Shown: piece by piece, positions 28,198-40,623 of the stretch
Layout: each line of letters begins with the position of its first letter
Numbering within the stretch: position 1 is the stretch's first letter
Source of the DNA: Candidatus Latescibacterota bacterium
GTDB taxonomy: Bacteria > Latescibacterota > CBDEFO01
Length of the DNA stretch: 64,000 bases
Direction: 5' to 3'
NCBI GenBank assembly: GCA_965248755.1
Contig: OZ252149.1
Coordinates: forward strand, 978,295-1,042,294
Translations under genes and position numbers: made by a program
Notes under the pieces: model-generated
What the model was told of the DNA's origin: nothing
Seen by the model: only the letters and a program-made list of their open reading frames with translations
Database searches by the model: none

Positions 28198-29205
28198 TTA
28201 TGCCTGGAACTGGATCGTTTTAGCGACAGAATTCCGCTTCGTGTCTCCTCTAGTGGTACGATTGCTTCGCGTTGTTTGAACTGACGATATAAATTCCTTT
28301 ATTTGCTCTCTATCTCCCAGTGCGATTGTCTCAACACTCTTATCGATTCGTCTTAAAAGCCCCACCAACACATGACCTGGCCCTACTTCAGCCATACTTG
28401 TGATTCCAGATGAAATTATGCTTATCATGGAGTCCGACCATCGCACAGGACTCGTCAACTGCTCGACTAAAAGCCCTCTGATCTCTTCAGGATCTTTTTC
28501 AAAATCCCCGGTCACATTTGCCACAAACGGGACTTCGGGTTCTGATAACTTAATCTGCGACAGTGCCTTTTCCATTCCACTTTTGGCGCTAGACATCAAC
28601 TCTGAATGGAACGCTCCACTGACCTCCAGTTCGACTGCTCTTTTTGCCCCTTTTTGTTTGGCTATCTCCATCGCTCTTTTAACAGCCCGCGCCTCCCCTG
28701 AAATAGCCATCTGCCCTGGACAGTTAAAGTTAGCTGCCCCAACAATTCCCTCTTCTGAAGCTTGCCGGCACACTAAAACTGCATCCTCAAAAGAGAGTCC
28801 TATTATCGCTGCCATCGTCCCCGGACGTTTCTCGCCCGCCTCCTGCATGAGCCTTCCGCGCAGCCCTACTAAACTTAGAGCGTCAGGCAATTCCAAAGCT
28901 CCAGCGGCAAAGAGAGCCGAATATTCTCCCAGACTGTGCCCGGCTACCGACGAAGGCTTTACACCTTTGCCTTTCAGAATAAGGACTGCCGCCGCGCTGT
29001 GCACAAATATGGCCGGCTGGGTGTATTTTGTCTGCCTTAAATCCTCCTGTGGTCCCTCAAACGATAACTTCTTTACATCGAATTCCAGTATCTCTTCGGC
29101 CCGGTCGTAGATCTTTTTAGCGACATCAAAGCTTTCGTAGAGATCCTTCCCCATCCCCACAGACTGCGAGCCCTGACCGGGGAATATAAACGCAGGACCA
29201 ACCAT
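28198..29205 (-). CDS. fabD: malonyl-CoA:ACP transacylase
   Basis: FIFPGQGSQSVGMG and GHSLGEYSAL active-site serine motif. Confidence 0.9.
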   Translation of the reverse strand: MVGPAFIFPGQGSQSVGMGKDLYESFDVAKKIYDRAEEILEFDVKKLSFEGPQEDLRQTKYTQPAIFVHSAAAVLILKGKGVKPSSVAGHSLGEYSALFAAGALELPDALSLVGLRGRLMQEAGEKRPGTMAAIIGLSFEDAVLVCRQASEEGIVGAANFNCPGQMAISGEARAVKRAMEIAKQKGAKRAVELEVSGAFHSELMSSAKSGMEKALSQIKLSEPEVPFVANVTGDFEKDPEEIRGLLVEQLTSPVRWSDSMISIISSGITSMAEVGPGHVLVGLLRRIDKSVETIALGDREQIKEFISSVQTTRSNRTTRGDTKRNSVAKTIQFQA

Positions 29206-30333
29206 CTAATACGTCCACCTTAGAAGCACACTTCCGGCAGTATATCCTGCGCCGAAACTCGTTAAGAGTATCAGGTTACCAGCCTTAAGCCTCCCCTCTT
29301 CAACTGTCTCCGAAAGACAGATCGGTATAGTCCCACAGGTGGTATTTGCGTATTTATCTATATTTATGATTATCTTTGAGTCATCGAGTCCTATCCTCTT
29401 TACGCTGGCATCTATTATCCTTTTGTTGGCCTGATGAGGGATAAAAAGGTCAATATCCTTTCCCGTAAGACTGTTGCGGTTCAATACATCCAAAGACACC
29501 TCTATCATTCCCTCCACAGCCGCTCTAAACAGAACTCTGCCGTCCTGGTGGACTCGGTGCATATTTCTATCTATCGTCTCGTGGGTCGGCGGATTCAGAC
29601 TCCCTCCTCCGGGCATGTAGAGGAATTCTCCACCAGAGCCGTCTATGTAGAAAGAAAAATCCAAAATTCCCACCTCGGGATCGTTCGTAGGCTCCAAAAG
29701 CACAGCGCCCGCTCCATCACCAAATAGAACACAGGTAGCTCTGTCATTATAGTCAACTATGGAACTCATCTTGTCGGCGCCGACTACCATTACCTTTCTT
29801 TCCGCTCCCGTCTCCACAAACTGAGCGCCGACCATCAAAGAATATATAAAGCCGCAGCAGGCTCCCAAAAGATCGAATCCCCAGGCGTTCTTAGCCCCTA
29901 TTTTGTTCTGGATGATGCAGGCAGTCGAAGGAAACATCATATCGGGAGTCACTGTGCCTACTATTATCAGTCCTATCTCGTCAGGTGATGTGCCTGTAGA
30001 ATCCAACAGGCTCTGCGCGGCCTTGACAGCCATGTAAGACGTCGGCAAGCCATCGTCCAGGATCCTCCTTTCCGAGATGCCTGTCCTTGCCTTGATCCAC
30101 TCGTCAGAGGTATCCGTCACCTTCTCCAGGTCCAAGTTAGTGAGCCTTCCTTCGGGAAGATACCTTGAAACTCCTGTGATCGTTGCGTTGAATGGTTTGT
30201 CAGGGACCCCAGAAAGGTGGTGTGGCCACTTTGACAGGGTGGGGGCAGTGGTCGAAGAGCTTTTTGGGGACAAAGAAGAATCTCCCACAGCGCCCGGTTT
30301 TTTCTTCAATCTGCTCATAACTTCCTCAAACAA
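29206..30333 (-). CDS. fabH: 3-oxoacyl-ACP synthase III (about 45-aa N-terminal extension in the longest ORF; true start may be internal/non-ATG)
   Basis: ..ITGVSRYLPE.., active-site Cys (GACCGF), His/Asn in C-terminal half; FabH family. Confidence 0.85.
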   Translation of the reverse strand: MFEEVMSRLKKKPGAVGDSSLSPKSSSTTAPTLSKWPHHLSGVPDKPFNATITGVSRYLPEGRLTNLDLEKVTDTSDEWIKARTGISERRILDDGLPTSYMAVKAAQSLLDSTGTSPDEIGLIIVGTVTPDMMFPSTACIIQNKIGAKNAWGFDLLGACCGFIYSLMVGAQFVETGAERKVMVVGADKMSSIVDYNDRATCVLFGDGAGAVLLEPTNDPEVGILDFSFYIDGSGGEFLYMPGGGSLNPPTHETIDRNMHRVHQDGRVLFRAAVEGMIEVSLDVLNRNSLTGKDIDLFIPHQANKRIIDASVKRIGLDDSKIIINIDKYANTTCGTIPICLSETVEEGRLKAGNLILLTSFGAGYTAGSVLLRWTY

Positions 30334-30335
30334 TT

Positions 30336-30412
30336 AGACGGTAGCCCCCAATTGAATCTATTGGGGGTCGGAGTAGTCAGGGCACATCCTCCCTTGCCTG
30401 TATGCTGTCTGA
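30336..30412. repeat. Family B hairpin CCCCCAATTGAATCTATTGGGGG + family C unit between plsX stop and fabH start
   Basis: 30345-30367 hairpin; 30372-30410 GGAGTAGTCAGGGCACATCCTCCC..CCTGTATGCTGTCTGAG. Confidence 0.6.
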
Positions 30413-30435
30413 GAGTCACAATCTCCTCGATGAGG

Positions 30436-31446
30436 CTATGCAAGCGTGTAGTGGTGATCCAACGCCTCTTTGATGTGATCGTTTATCCTTCCTTCAACTG
30501 TCCTTTTGGCGACCTTTATGGCGTTGCAGATAGCTTTTGAGGATGAACTCCCATGACATATAATCGTGACGCCGTCCACTCCTAAAAGTGGAGCCCCCCC
30601 GTATTCTTCATAGTCCATCTTCCGGCCTATCCCCTTAAAGACAGGCTTTAGAAGCAAAGCCCCAAGTTTTCTGCTCAAATTTTCGCCACTCTCCTCTTTA
30701 ATCATTTGATAGAACATCCCTATGATGCTCTCTGTAAACTTGAGTATTATGTTGCCCACAAAGCCGTCGCAGACCACAACGTCCGCTGTCCCTCTCAGTA
30801 TGTCCCTTCCCTCTACATTTCCTATGAAGTTGAGATCAGAGCCAGCAAGCAGATTGTGAGACTTGATTGTAAGCTCATTCCCCTTGGAACTCTCCTCTCC
30901 GATGTTCAAAAGCCCCACCTTCGGAGCTTGGATACCGAGTGCACAGTCCACGTACACACTGCCCATAACAGCGAACTGTAAAAGGTTGCCAGGTTTACAC
31001 TGCAAGTTTGCTCCCACGTCAAGGACCAGGCACGGCTTTCCCTTTTCTGTAGGGAAGACGCTTGCAATAGCAGGTCTCCTTACATGCTTGAGAGATCCAA
31101 GTTCTCCTAAGGAAAAGCCCACGGCCGCCCCTGTGTTCCCTGCGCTTATAACCGCCTCGACTTCCCCTTTTTTGGCAAGCGCCATTGCAACAGCTATGGA
31201 TGAATCCCTCTTCCTCCTTAGAGCGTGGCTGGGGGACTCGTGCATCTGGACGACCTCTCCAGCGTGAACAATAGAAATATTGTCCACGTCTGGGAACTTG
31301 GAAAGTTCTCCTTCTAAAATATCCCTGTCCCCTGTCAGTACTATCCCAAGGTCATCCGTATCCGCCGCTTGCAAGGCTTCCACTACACCTTTGATCTGGG
31401 CATTAGGAGCCTTGTCCCCTCCTGCTGTGTCTACGGCGATTCTCAT
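30436..31446 (-). CDS. plsX: phosphate:acyl-ACP acyltransferase
   Basis: MRIAVDTAGGDKAPN.. and full-length PlsX architecture. Confidence 0.9.
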   Translation of the reverse strand: MRIAVDTAGGDKAPNAQIKGVVEALQAADTDDLGIVLTGDRDILEGELSKFPDVDNISIVHAGEVVQMHESPSHALRRKRDSSIAVAMALAKKGEVEAVISAGNTGAAVGFSLGELGSLKHVRRPAIASVFPTEKGKPCLVLDVGANLQCKPGNLLQFAVMGSVYVDCALGIQAPKVGLLNIGEESSKGNELTIKSHNLLAGSDLNFIGNVEGRDILRGTADVVVCDGFVGNIILKFTESIIGMFYQMIKEESGENLSRKLGALLLKPVFKGIGRKMDYEEYGGAPLLGVDGVTIICHGSSSSKAICNAIKVAKRTVEGRINDHIKEALDHHYTLA

Positions 31447-31483
31447 AACTTCTCTATCTATCCTATAATTCGTGACACTAGTC

Positions 31484-31666
31484 TTAGGCCTCTTCGACCT
31501 TCACTATCTCTCGTTCGTTATAGTATCCACAGCTATGACAGATCCTGTGAGGGAGCTTAGGTTGATGACAGTGCGGACATTCAACTAACATCGGCCGCGA
31601 GAGCTTCCAGTTAGCTCGCCTCTTATCTCTTCTGGATCTAGATTGTCTTCTCTTAGGTAGGGCCAA
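31484..31666 (-). CDS. rpmF: 50S ribosomal protein L32
   Basis: MALPKRRQSRSRRDKRRANWKL.. with C4 zinc knuckle (CPHCHQ..CHSCG). Confidence 0.85.
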   Translation of the reverse strand: MALPKRRQSRSRRDKRRANWKLSRPMLVECPHCHQPKLPHRICHSCGYYNEREIVKVEEA

Positions 31667-32292
31667 TTGTTTTTCGCCTCCTTGCTGTTATGTTTCTGGG
31701 AACTATCAATCCATTTTCCCAAAATATCTCTATTTATAAGTTTAGTATGATTGGATTCGGCCAGTTCGTATGCACCTTTTGTAAAATAATTATTCGTAAC
31801 CACCATAGATGCATTGCACCCATACTCCTTAATTCCGCCCACTGCGTCACTTACAGCATTTCTTGGAACAGGTGTGGCTTGTCGCTTGGCCTGAATGGAG
31901 TACTTTTTGCCGTCCTTCTTGGCCACAAGATCGACACCTTTATCTCCAGGACGGCCTGTAAGTAAAACGCCACTATAGCCCTGATGTCGAAGAAGATGCC
32001 CTACGTATTCTGGAAACTCTTTACGTCCATCCATGTTATCTACATCCGCTATCCGAAGTGCTTGAATACGTTGTTTTTCATCGAACCTGAGAGAAAAACT
32101 TCTGATTGTAAATATCACGTATACTGGCAATACTAGTAATGCTGGTAGCCCTTTAAGTCTGGTCCTCTGTCCTGAGTAGTATACGTCAAGCGTGAAATCT
32201 TTCATGATTTTAAACAAGATTAGTATTAATACTGGTACTATTATTAGTTCCACTCTCCATTTTCCCCTTATTAGTGTAACGCCAAATCTCAA
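31585..32292 (-). CDS. membrane-anchored Mrr-like (Mrr_cat, PD-(D/E)xK) restriction-endonuclease-domain protein
   Basis: Three N-terminal TM helices. ..FPEYVGHLLRHQGYSGVLLTGRPGDKGVDLVAKKDGKKYSIQAKRQA.. matches Mrr catalytic core (D..D/E..QxK). 3' end overlaps the first 82 nt of rpmF in another frame. Confidence 0.6.
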   Translation of the reverse strand: MRFGVTLIRGKWRVELIIVPVLILILFKIMKDFTLDVYYSGQRTRLKGLPALLVLPVYVIFTIRSFSLRFDEKQRIQALRIADVDNMDGRKEFPEYVGHLLRHQGYSGVLLTGRPGDKGVDLVAKKDGKKYSIQAKRQATPVPRNAVSDAVGGIKEYGCNASMVVTNNYFTKGAYELAESNHTKLINRDILGKWIDSSQKHNSKEAKNNWPYLREDNLDPEEIRGELTGSSRGRC

Positions 32293-32305
32293 GAGCCATC
32301 CGAAT

Positions 32306-32821
32306 TTAGAGATTTACCTTTAGCTGAGCAAGAGCCTCCCATCTGGGATCTATCTTGGTATGATCGCATCTGCAGGGTCCCTCGTTCAGATTCGCCCCGC
32401 ACAGATGGCACAGCCCAGCGCAATCGGAAGAACACAGTGGCTTGCTCGGCACATCCAACAAGATGGCGTCCCTTATCACCGCCTTCAAGTCGATGTAAGT
32501 ATCATCGAATCCTATAGTGATAACCTCGCTGTCCTCCAACTGATCTTCAGAGCGTGCCTCTTTTTCCCTCTGGAAGATCGCGCTGAATTGAGGGGCGATC
32601 TGGGACTCAAACTCCTCTAAGCAGCGGCAGCATGACATCATAGCCATCGAGATTACGGATCCATCTACAAAGAAGGAGTTAGAACTTTTGCCTATCGTCA
32701 ATTTTACGGTCACAGGATCCATGAACCCTACGTCCTCATCCGTCAATTCCAAGCTCAGAGCCTTGGCCTTCAACTCCAGTCTATTGATCCCTTCCTCCAG
32801 CTCCTTCATCTCAATTTGCAT
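32306..32821 (-). CDS. yceD: YceD/DUF177-family protein (large-ribosomal-subunit accumulation protein)
   Basis: Cys-rich C-terminus ..CSSDCAGLCHLCGANLNEGPCRCD typical of DUF177; conserved position upstream of rpmF. Confidence 0.8.
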   Translation of the reverse strand: MQIEMKELEEGINRLELKAKALSLELTDEDVGFMDPVTVKLTIGKSSNSFFVDGSVISMAMMSCCRCLEEFESQIAPQFSAIFQREKEARSEDQLEDSEVITIGFDDTYIDLKAVIRDAILLDVPSKPLCSSDCAGLCHLCGANLNEGPCRCDHTKIDPRWEALAQLKVNL

Positions 32822-32852
32822 AACTTACCAGCGCCCTTCTATTCAGACGGAA

Positions 32853-33278
32853 TTACACCTTGTATATATCCTTCGTTCCGAAGAAGAATGTTATTTCAAC
32901 CTCAGCGTTTTGGGGAGAATCGGATGCGTGGACAGCGTTATTTTGAACATCCGTGGCAAAGTCGCTTCTGATAGTTTCAGGTTCAGCCTCTTCGGGGTTA
33001 GTGGCTCCGATGACCTTTCTTAAATACTCGACGGCATCCTCCCGCTCTAACACCATCGGAACGATCCTGCCGGACGTCATAAAATCCAAAAGGCTCTCGT
33101 AGAAGCCCCTCTCTTTATGTACTTCGTAGAACCTTGCGGCTTCTTCCCTCCTCAGAGTTGTCATCTCCATAGCTAGAACTCTAAAGCCTTCTTTTTCGAC
33201 TCTGCCTATTATCTCTCCTATATGGTTTTGAGACGCAGCATCAGGCTTGATTATCATCAAAGTTCTCTGCATAAGCAT
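32853..33278 (-). CDS. ndk: nucleoside diphosphate kinase
   Basis: RTLMIIKPDA..; NDK active-site His region (..NAVHASDS..); 141 aa. Confidence 0.95.
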   Translation of the reverse strand: MLMQRTLMIIKPDAASQNHIGEIIGRVEKEGFRVLAMEMTTLRREEAARFYEVHKERGFYESLLDFMTSGRIVPMVLEREDAVEYLRKVIGATNPEEAEPETIRSDFATDVQNNAVHASDSPQNAEVEITFFFGTKDIYKV

Positions 33279-33754
33279 ACTCTAAAAGCCTATTGGCTTA
33301 TCGCCTCCCACGTCGTGGGCCACGTAGATATTCCCGGCTTACGAGTTTGCGACCGATGAACTTGCTGATGATCCTGCGTAGAATCCTCACCGGATTCCCC
33401 GACGTCAAGGCCTGAAGATCGGCGCTTCTTAGAGCCATCCCAAAAAGTTTTGAAGTCAAAGACATTGCTCGCCTTCTCGGTTTTGAGGCCTCAACACTGT
33501 CGACTGCATTCTGATGTAACGTAGCACACCAAAACGAGCAAAGGGAGGACTACGAATTTACTCAGCCCAACGACTAACTGCATGTTACTGTCAATGGATA
33601 ACAAGATAGGCTTTTTCGCCGTTCTTGTCAATATATATTTTTCTCCCAACAACACCCGATTTCTTTGAACTGTTGGAAAAGCCATCGTGGAACACAAGGT
33701 AATTTATCGCCTGGATAGGGTGTATCCAACGACTTCTTGTGGAAAAGGTAAGAT

Positions 33755-35404
33755 CTATTTTAGAAGCGTCATCTTCTTTTGGAAGACGCCGCCTTGTGAA
33801 GTTCTGAGGAGCGCAAAATAGACCCCGCTTGAGACCGGATCGCGGTTCTTATCCCTACCGTCCCAGTTGAGACGATAGCTCCCCGCTCGGATTATCTCAT
33901 TTAAAAGGCTGGCAATTCTTTGTCCCGAAGAATTGTATATATCAAGTTTGACCTGTGTGCGATCTCCTTCGTGAGGAACGAGGAAGGTAATAAAAGTTGT
34001 GGGATTAAAAGGATTCGGAAAGTTACCTTCCAGCTCCCAGTTCGAAGGCAGAAGGCCAAAATCTGTCTCTTCCTCCTGCACCAGCGAGATGGTACTCGCT
34101 TGAGCAGAGTATCGATAGTTGCCGCCAAAATCAGAGGTCTTTGCTACAACAAGCGTTACCGTATCTGCCTCTATAGCTTCCAAAGTAGAGTTTAAGTCCT
34201 CATCCGAAGCAGGAAAGTCCAGAATCTGAGCTTTTCCGTTCCTCCTCAATATCAAACGTGGAGTAAAGCCCTCCCCCCTGAACGTGATTTTGAGGTTCTC
34301 TCCAGTTACAAACTCTATATATTGAGCCGCCCATCCTTGGACTCGACCGGAGGACGTCTCAACTGGCAGTAAATTTTCCAGGGACGTTTCAGGTTTGTCT
34401 ATGTCGAGTCCGCTGTAGCCATACTTGCCGTTGCCATCCAGATAATTGGCGACTGTCCAGTCTGAGAAGATATCCTTGAATTGAGCGGCCAATTCCAGCT
34501 TCTGAAGAGTCCTATCTATCCCCAAAATACCGTTCTCTTTGGTATCCACAAGCTCCCTTACAGTGGGAAGTCCTCCGTAGTGTTCCGCAAAATACGATAC
34601 AAAGAGGAAGGTCTTGTCGTAGTCCGCCTCTGTGGCTATCGGAAGGGAGAAAAATGTCAGACTGTTGTTGGGATTAGGTGGGAAGAGGGTCCCGTAGCGT
34701 TCGTCAGCGTAGCCACATATATCCTCAGCATAGCCGGACAGTCCTTCGTTGATCCAGGCGTCCTCATCAATATCGTGCGCCCAATGTATCAGATGCTGGA
34801 ATTCATGCGCCAGCGTAGCCTTGGCCAATCGACTTTCTAGATCCAGTGGATCGCTGTCTAAATAGACTATCTCCCTGCCCCTGGAGGGAACCTGATTGTT
34901 GAAATCGAAGTAACCAGCTACAAAGTTGGTCAAAGTTCCCGGCAGGTGACCGTCCTGAATGTCCAAAAGGACTATGTATATCCGGGGATCAGCGTCCACA
35001 TCGGGAGGATCGCCAAAAGCAGAGATATCGATTTGGAATATCCCTTTTCCCGGATCGGCGTCTGTAGACTCGTCGAAGATATGTGCCATAAGCTCCACGT
35101 CTTCCTGGGTCACATTCAAGTTCCACTGAGAATCCTCCACAAAGACGTAGCAATTAGCTCCGACAATTCGTAAGGTTGTCTCTATATCGTAGCGCCCTGA
35201 GGTCAGGAAACTGTAGGCTTTAAACATCTCAGACTTCCCCAGGGATATGGGCTTAGATGAAGGCAAAGACAAAGGCTTTGGAGGTGAATCAGGTGATCTA
35301 TCCCGGATACGGGACGTCCCGCATATCCCTTTTGAAAAGCATTCTTCGGCTCTGGGACTGGCGGGGAAAGTTGCTAAAAGCACAAAAAGAAGGATAAGAA
35401 ACAT
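33755..35404 (-). CDS. secreted zinc metallopeptidase (HEFQHLIHWAHD, M30/hyicolysin-like) with T9SS C-terminal sorting domain
   Basis: Signal peptide; HExxH + downstream NEGLSGYAE; C-terminus ..GNFPNPFNPTTFITFLVPHEGDRTQVKLDIYNSSGQRIASL..GVYFALLRTSQGGVFQKKMTLLK = T9SS CTD. Confidence 0.7.
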   Translation of the reverse strand: MFLILLFVLLATFPASPRAEECFSKGICGTSRIRDRSPDSPPKPLSLPSSKPISLGKSEMFKAYSFLTSGRYDIETTLRIVGANCYVFVEDSQWNLNVTQEDVELMAHIFDESTDADPGKGIFQIDISAFGDPPDVDADPRIYIVLLDIQDGHLPGTLTNFVAGYFDFNNQVPSRGREIVYLDSDPLDLESRLAKATLAHEFQHLIHWAHDIDEDAWINEGLSGYAEDICGYADERYGTLFPPNPNNSLTFFSLPIATEADYDKTFLFVSYFAEHYGGLPTVRELVDTKENGILGIDRTLQKLELAAQFKDIFSDWTVANYLDGNGKYGYSGLDIDKPETSLENLLPVETSSGRVQGWAAQYIEFVTGENLKITFRGEGFTPRLILRRNGKAQILDFPASDEDLNSTLEAIEADTVTLVVAKTSDFGGNYRYSAQASTISLVQEEETDFGLLPSNWELEGNFPNPFNPTTFITFLVPHEGDRTQVKLDIYNSSGQRIASLLNEIIRAGSYRLNWDGRDKNRDPVSSGVYFALLRTSQGGVFQKKMTLLK

Positions 35405-35507
35405 TTCAAGTATTAGGTCAAAATAGTCCCGACAGGATTATGAAGTTCTGAAATAATGGACAGCGTACAGGGAGAGGTAGTCTAATTAAGATTGTTTCTG
35501 GCTTCGT

Positions 35508-35625
35508 CCCTTGCAATGACTGGTAGTGGATAGTAGCACGTCATTGCGAGCGAAGCGAAGCAATCTCAAGGGAGGGGAAGCGGTGCCCTGTCTACTGTCT
35601 ACTGTCTGCTGACTGCTATCTACTT
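35508..35625. repeat. Family A element (CCCTTGCAATGAC..GTCATTGCGAGCGAAGCGAAGCAATCTCAAGGG) followed by (CTGTCTACTG)n family C arm
   Basis: Generates the spurious ORF 35486..35668 and the SRFRGNDR-type N-terminal extension of the next ORF when translated. Confidence 0.65.
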
Positions 35626-35627
35626 GT

Positions 35628-36296
35628 TTAGAAGTGCTTCGATAGTCCGATGTGAATGTGGGATACATAGTCCGTCTCTACGCGGAAACTTAAGTCTCGA
35701 TCCGAGGGAAGACTTCTATCAAGATCCTTTGCTACTCTTGAAGCGTTGATCGCGCTTATGGTCCTGATCAGAACACCAGCACCTATGGCAAAGAGCGATC
35801 TTCGCCGGGCAACTTCACTGCTGTTTTTGAGCTCTCTATATCTTTTTCTGGATTCTCTAGAGTTCCATTCCCACACAGAAGCCGGATCGTCCTCAGAGTA
35901 GACGAATCCGCCGGGACCCTCATCTGCGCGGGCTGTGCTGTTGTGCTCGTACACGCTGGAGTAAAATCCGAGGTCGTCGAAGAACTCTTGCGACTTTCCC
36001 CCAGGCGACGCTTTAGCGTGCACAGCAGCAAATGTCTTATAGTCCTCTTCCCGTATGTTCCCGTACTTCCTGAAAGCCGCGAAACTAGCCCAGACTGCTG
36101 CCTCAGTACTCCAGAAGAACTTCGTCGTCCTGTTCATGCCCTGGACGGAGTATTCCCCAAGACCGGGAACGATCAATGACAAAACGAACGCTCCTTTTGA
36201 GGACTTCGTCTGGGCGCAAGCTTGCGGCGTGAACAGCATTCCGCCAATTAAACCCAGAAGAATTGCAATCTGCAAGAGCCTTCTCATCTGTCTCAT
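35628..36296 (-). CDS. hypothetical secreted/outer-membrane protein, paralog pair member 1
   Basis: Start chosen at MRQMRRLLQIAILLGLIGGM (signal peptide); the upstream ATG at 36341 would translate repeat sequence. Shares ..LSLIVPGLGEYS.. motif with the next gene; C-terminal F. Confidence 0.4.
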   Translation of the reverse strand: MRQMRRLLQIAILLGLIGGMLFTPQACAQTKSSKGAFVLSLIVPGLGEYSVQGMNRTTKFFWSTEAAVWASFAAFRKYGNIREEDYKTFAAVHAKASPGGKSQEFFDDLGFYSSVYEHNSTARADEGPGGFVYSEDDPASVWEWNSRESRKRYRELKNSSEVARRRSLFAIGAGVLIRTISAINASRVAKDLDRSLPSDRDLSFRVETDYVSHIHIGLSKHF

Positions 36297-36341
36297 CCGT
36301 CTGTCATTTCCGCGAAAGCGGGAATCCAGTGTCGGGAACAA

Positions 36342-37253
36342 TTAGAACCTCCTGGACAAATATACCATCAACACATCGCGGCCGTCCCTGTTCTCCATTC
36401 TCGCTTTGAACTTGGTCTTTCTTTCTAATAACGCGTTTCCCTTCAGGGACTTTGCATGAAGAGCCGCATCTACAGCGCTTACTACATGGTTGAACAGAAC
36501 CGCGCCCGTGCTGAAGGACGCCCTTTTGAGATTTCTGTTGCTGTCGTCTCTTCTATCTTCGTATTGTTCTCGTATTACGGACGTTACAGTGTATGTACGA
36601 TCGAAAGAGCCATCGCTATTGGGACCTTTACTCCTGTCCTCCCAGCCATAGACGAACTGATCGTACTTGCCTATCAGTTCGTAGTACTGCTGAATATCCT
36701 CTTCCTTGGAAGGCAGAACGTGCGTAGTATCTCCGCGGGTAGATCCTGAGCTGAGCCATTCTAAATATCTTTCTCTACCCCAGTTTTGATCGGCAAAGGC
36801 CCGAAACTCCTTTTCTATGTCATTTCCCCTGTCTCTAAATATTCCGTACGATATCCAGGAGGCGATCTCAATCCCCAGAAAAGCTATACCCCTTTTTTTC
36901 GCCCCACTGTATAGTTCCCCCAGCCCCGGCACAAGCAGAGAAAATAAAAACGCCTTTTTAGGAGACTTGGCACTGTAATTCATCTTTACAGGATCGGATT
37001 TACTTGCAAATTTCACCTGATGTCTTGCACCGTCAAACATATCAGGATCGATTTTCTCGGACAACTCAAATCGGTTCAGGCTACTTTTATCCACAGCCAG
37101 AAGCAGTTGTGCAGACTCAGCGAACTTCTGCGCACCAGAAATCGTATCGGACGCTCCACTGGAGACAAGTATTGACGCTACAACCTCGGAAGCTCCCGAT
37201 AAAACAGCCACAGTGAGGATCGTCAGGATAGCTTTCATGTTCATTTTTTCCAT
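36342..37253 (-). CDS. hypothetical secreted/outer-membrane protein, paralog pair member 2
   Basis: Signal peptide MEKMNMKAILTILTVAVLSGASEVVAS; ..FLFSLLVPGLGELYSG..; ends ..YLSRRF; stop-start adjacent to member 1. Confidence 0.4.
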   Translation of the reverse strand: MEKMNMKAILTILTVAVLSGASEVVASILVSSGASDTISGAQKFAESAQLLLAVDKSSLNRFELSEKIDPDMFDGARHQVKFASKSDPVKMNYSAKSPKKAFLFSLLVPGLGELYSGAKKRGIAFLGIEIASWISYGIFRDRGNDIEKEFRAFADQNWGRERYLEWLSSGSTRGDTTHVLPSKEEDIQQYYELIGKYDQFVYGWEDRSKGPNSDGSFDRTYTVTSVIREQYEDRRDDSNRNLKRASFSTGAVLFNHVVSAVDAALHAKSLKGNALLERKTKFKARMENRDGRDVLMVYLSRRF

Positions 37254-37299
37254 TTAGCAACATAAAAGGAGCGATTTTGCAGGATAAGATTGCCTCGCT

Positions 37300-37390
37300 C
37301 CCCCCGATTAAATCAGGGGGTCGCAATGACGTTGCTTGGCTTCAACCTTCAGTTATTGCGAGGGGTAAAACCCCGAAGCAATCTCAATCT
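37300..37390. repeat. Family B hairpin (CCCCCCGATTAAATCAGGGGG) + family A element (TCGCAATGACGTTGCTTGGCTTCAACCTTCAGTTATTGCGAGGGGTAAAACCCCGAAGCAATCTCAAT)
   Basis: Reverse-complement orientation of the 44785-44870 and 21913-21960 copies. Confidence 0.65.
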
Positions 37391-37419
37391 GTCGTTGAAA
37401 CAATTTTGCAATACTCATT

Positions 37420-40512
<3,093 letters not shown>

Positions 40513-40623
40513 AAGGATCATATTTCGCTCTTTCCAAATATAGATACCACATTAAGAAATGGCACTAAAATCCAGCAATAAATAATGTAGGGGCGAGGTG
40601 ATCTCGCACCTACTATACGCTGT

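Noticed and set aside
35486-35668. 60-aa minus-strand ORF (MYPTFTSDYRSTSKQVDSSQQTVDSRQ..)
   Set aside because: It is the translation of the (CTGTCTACTG)n and GTCATTGCGAG..GAAGCAATCTC repeat modules, i.e. repeat-generated. Similar small ORFs over other repeat copies were ignored for the same reason.
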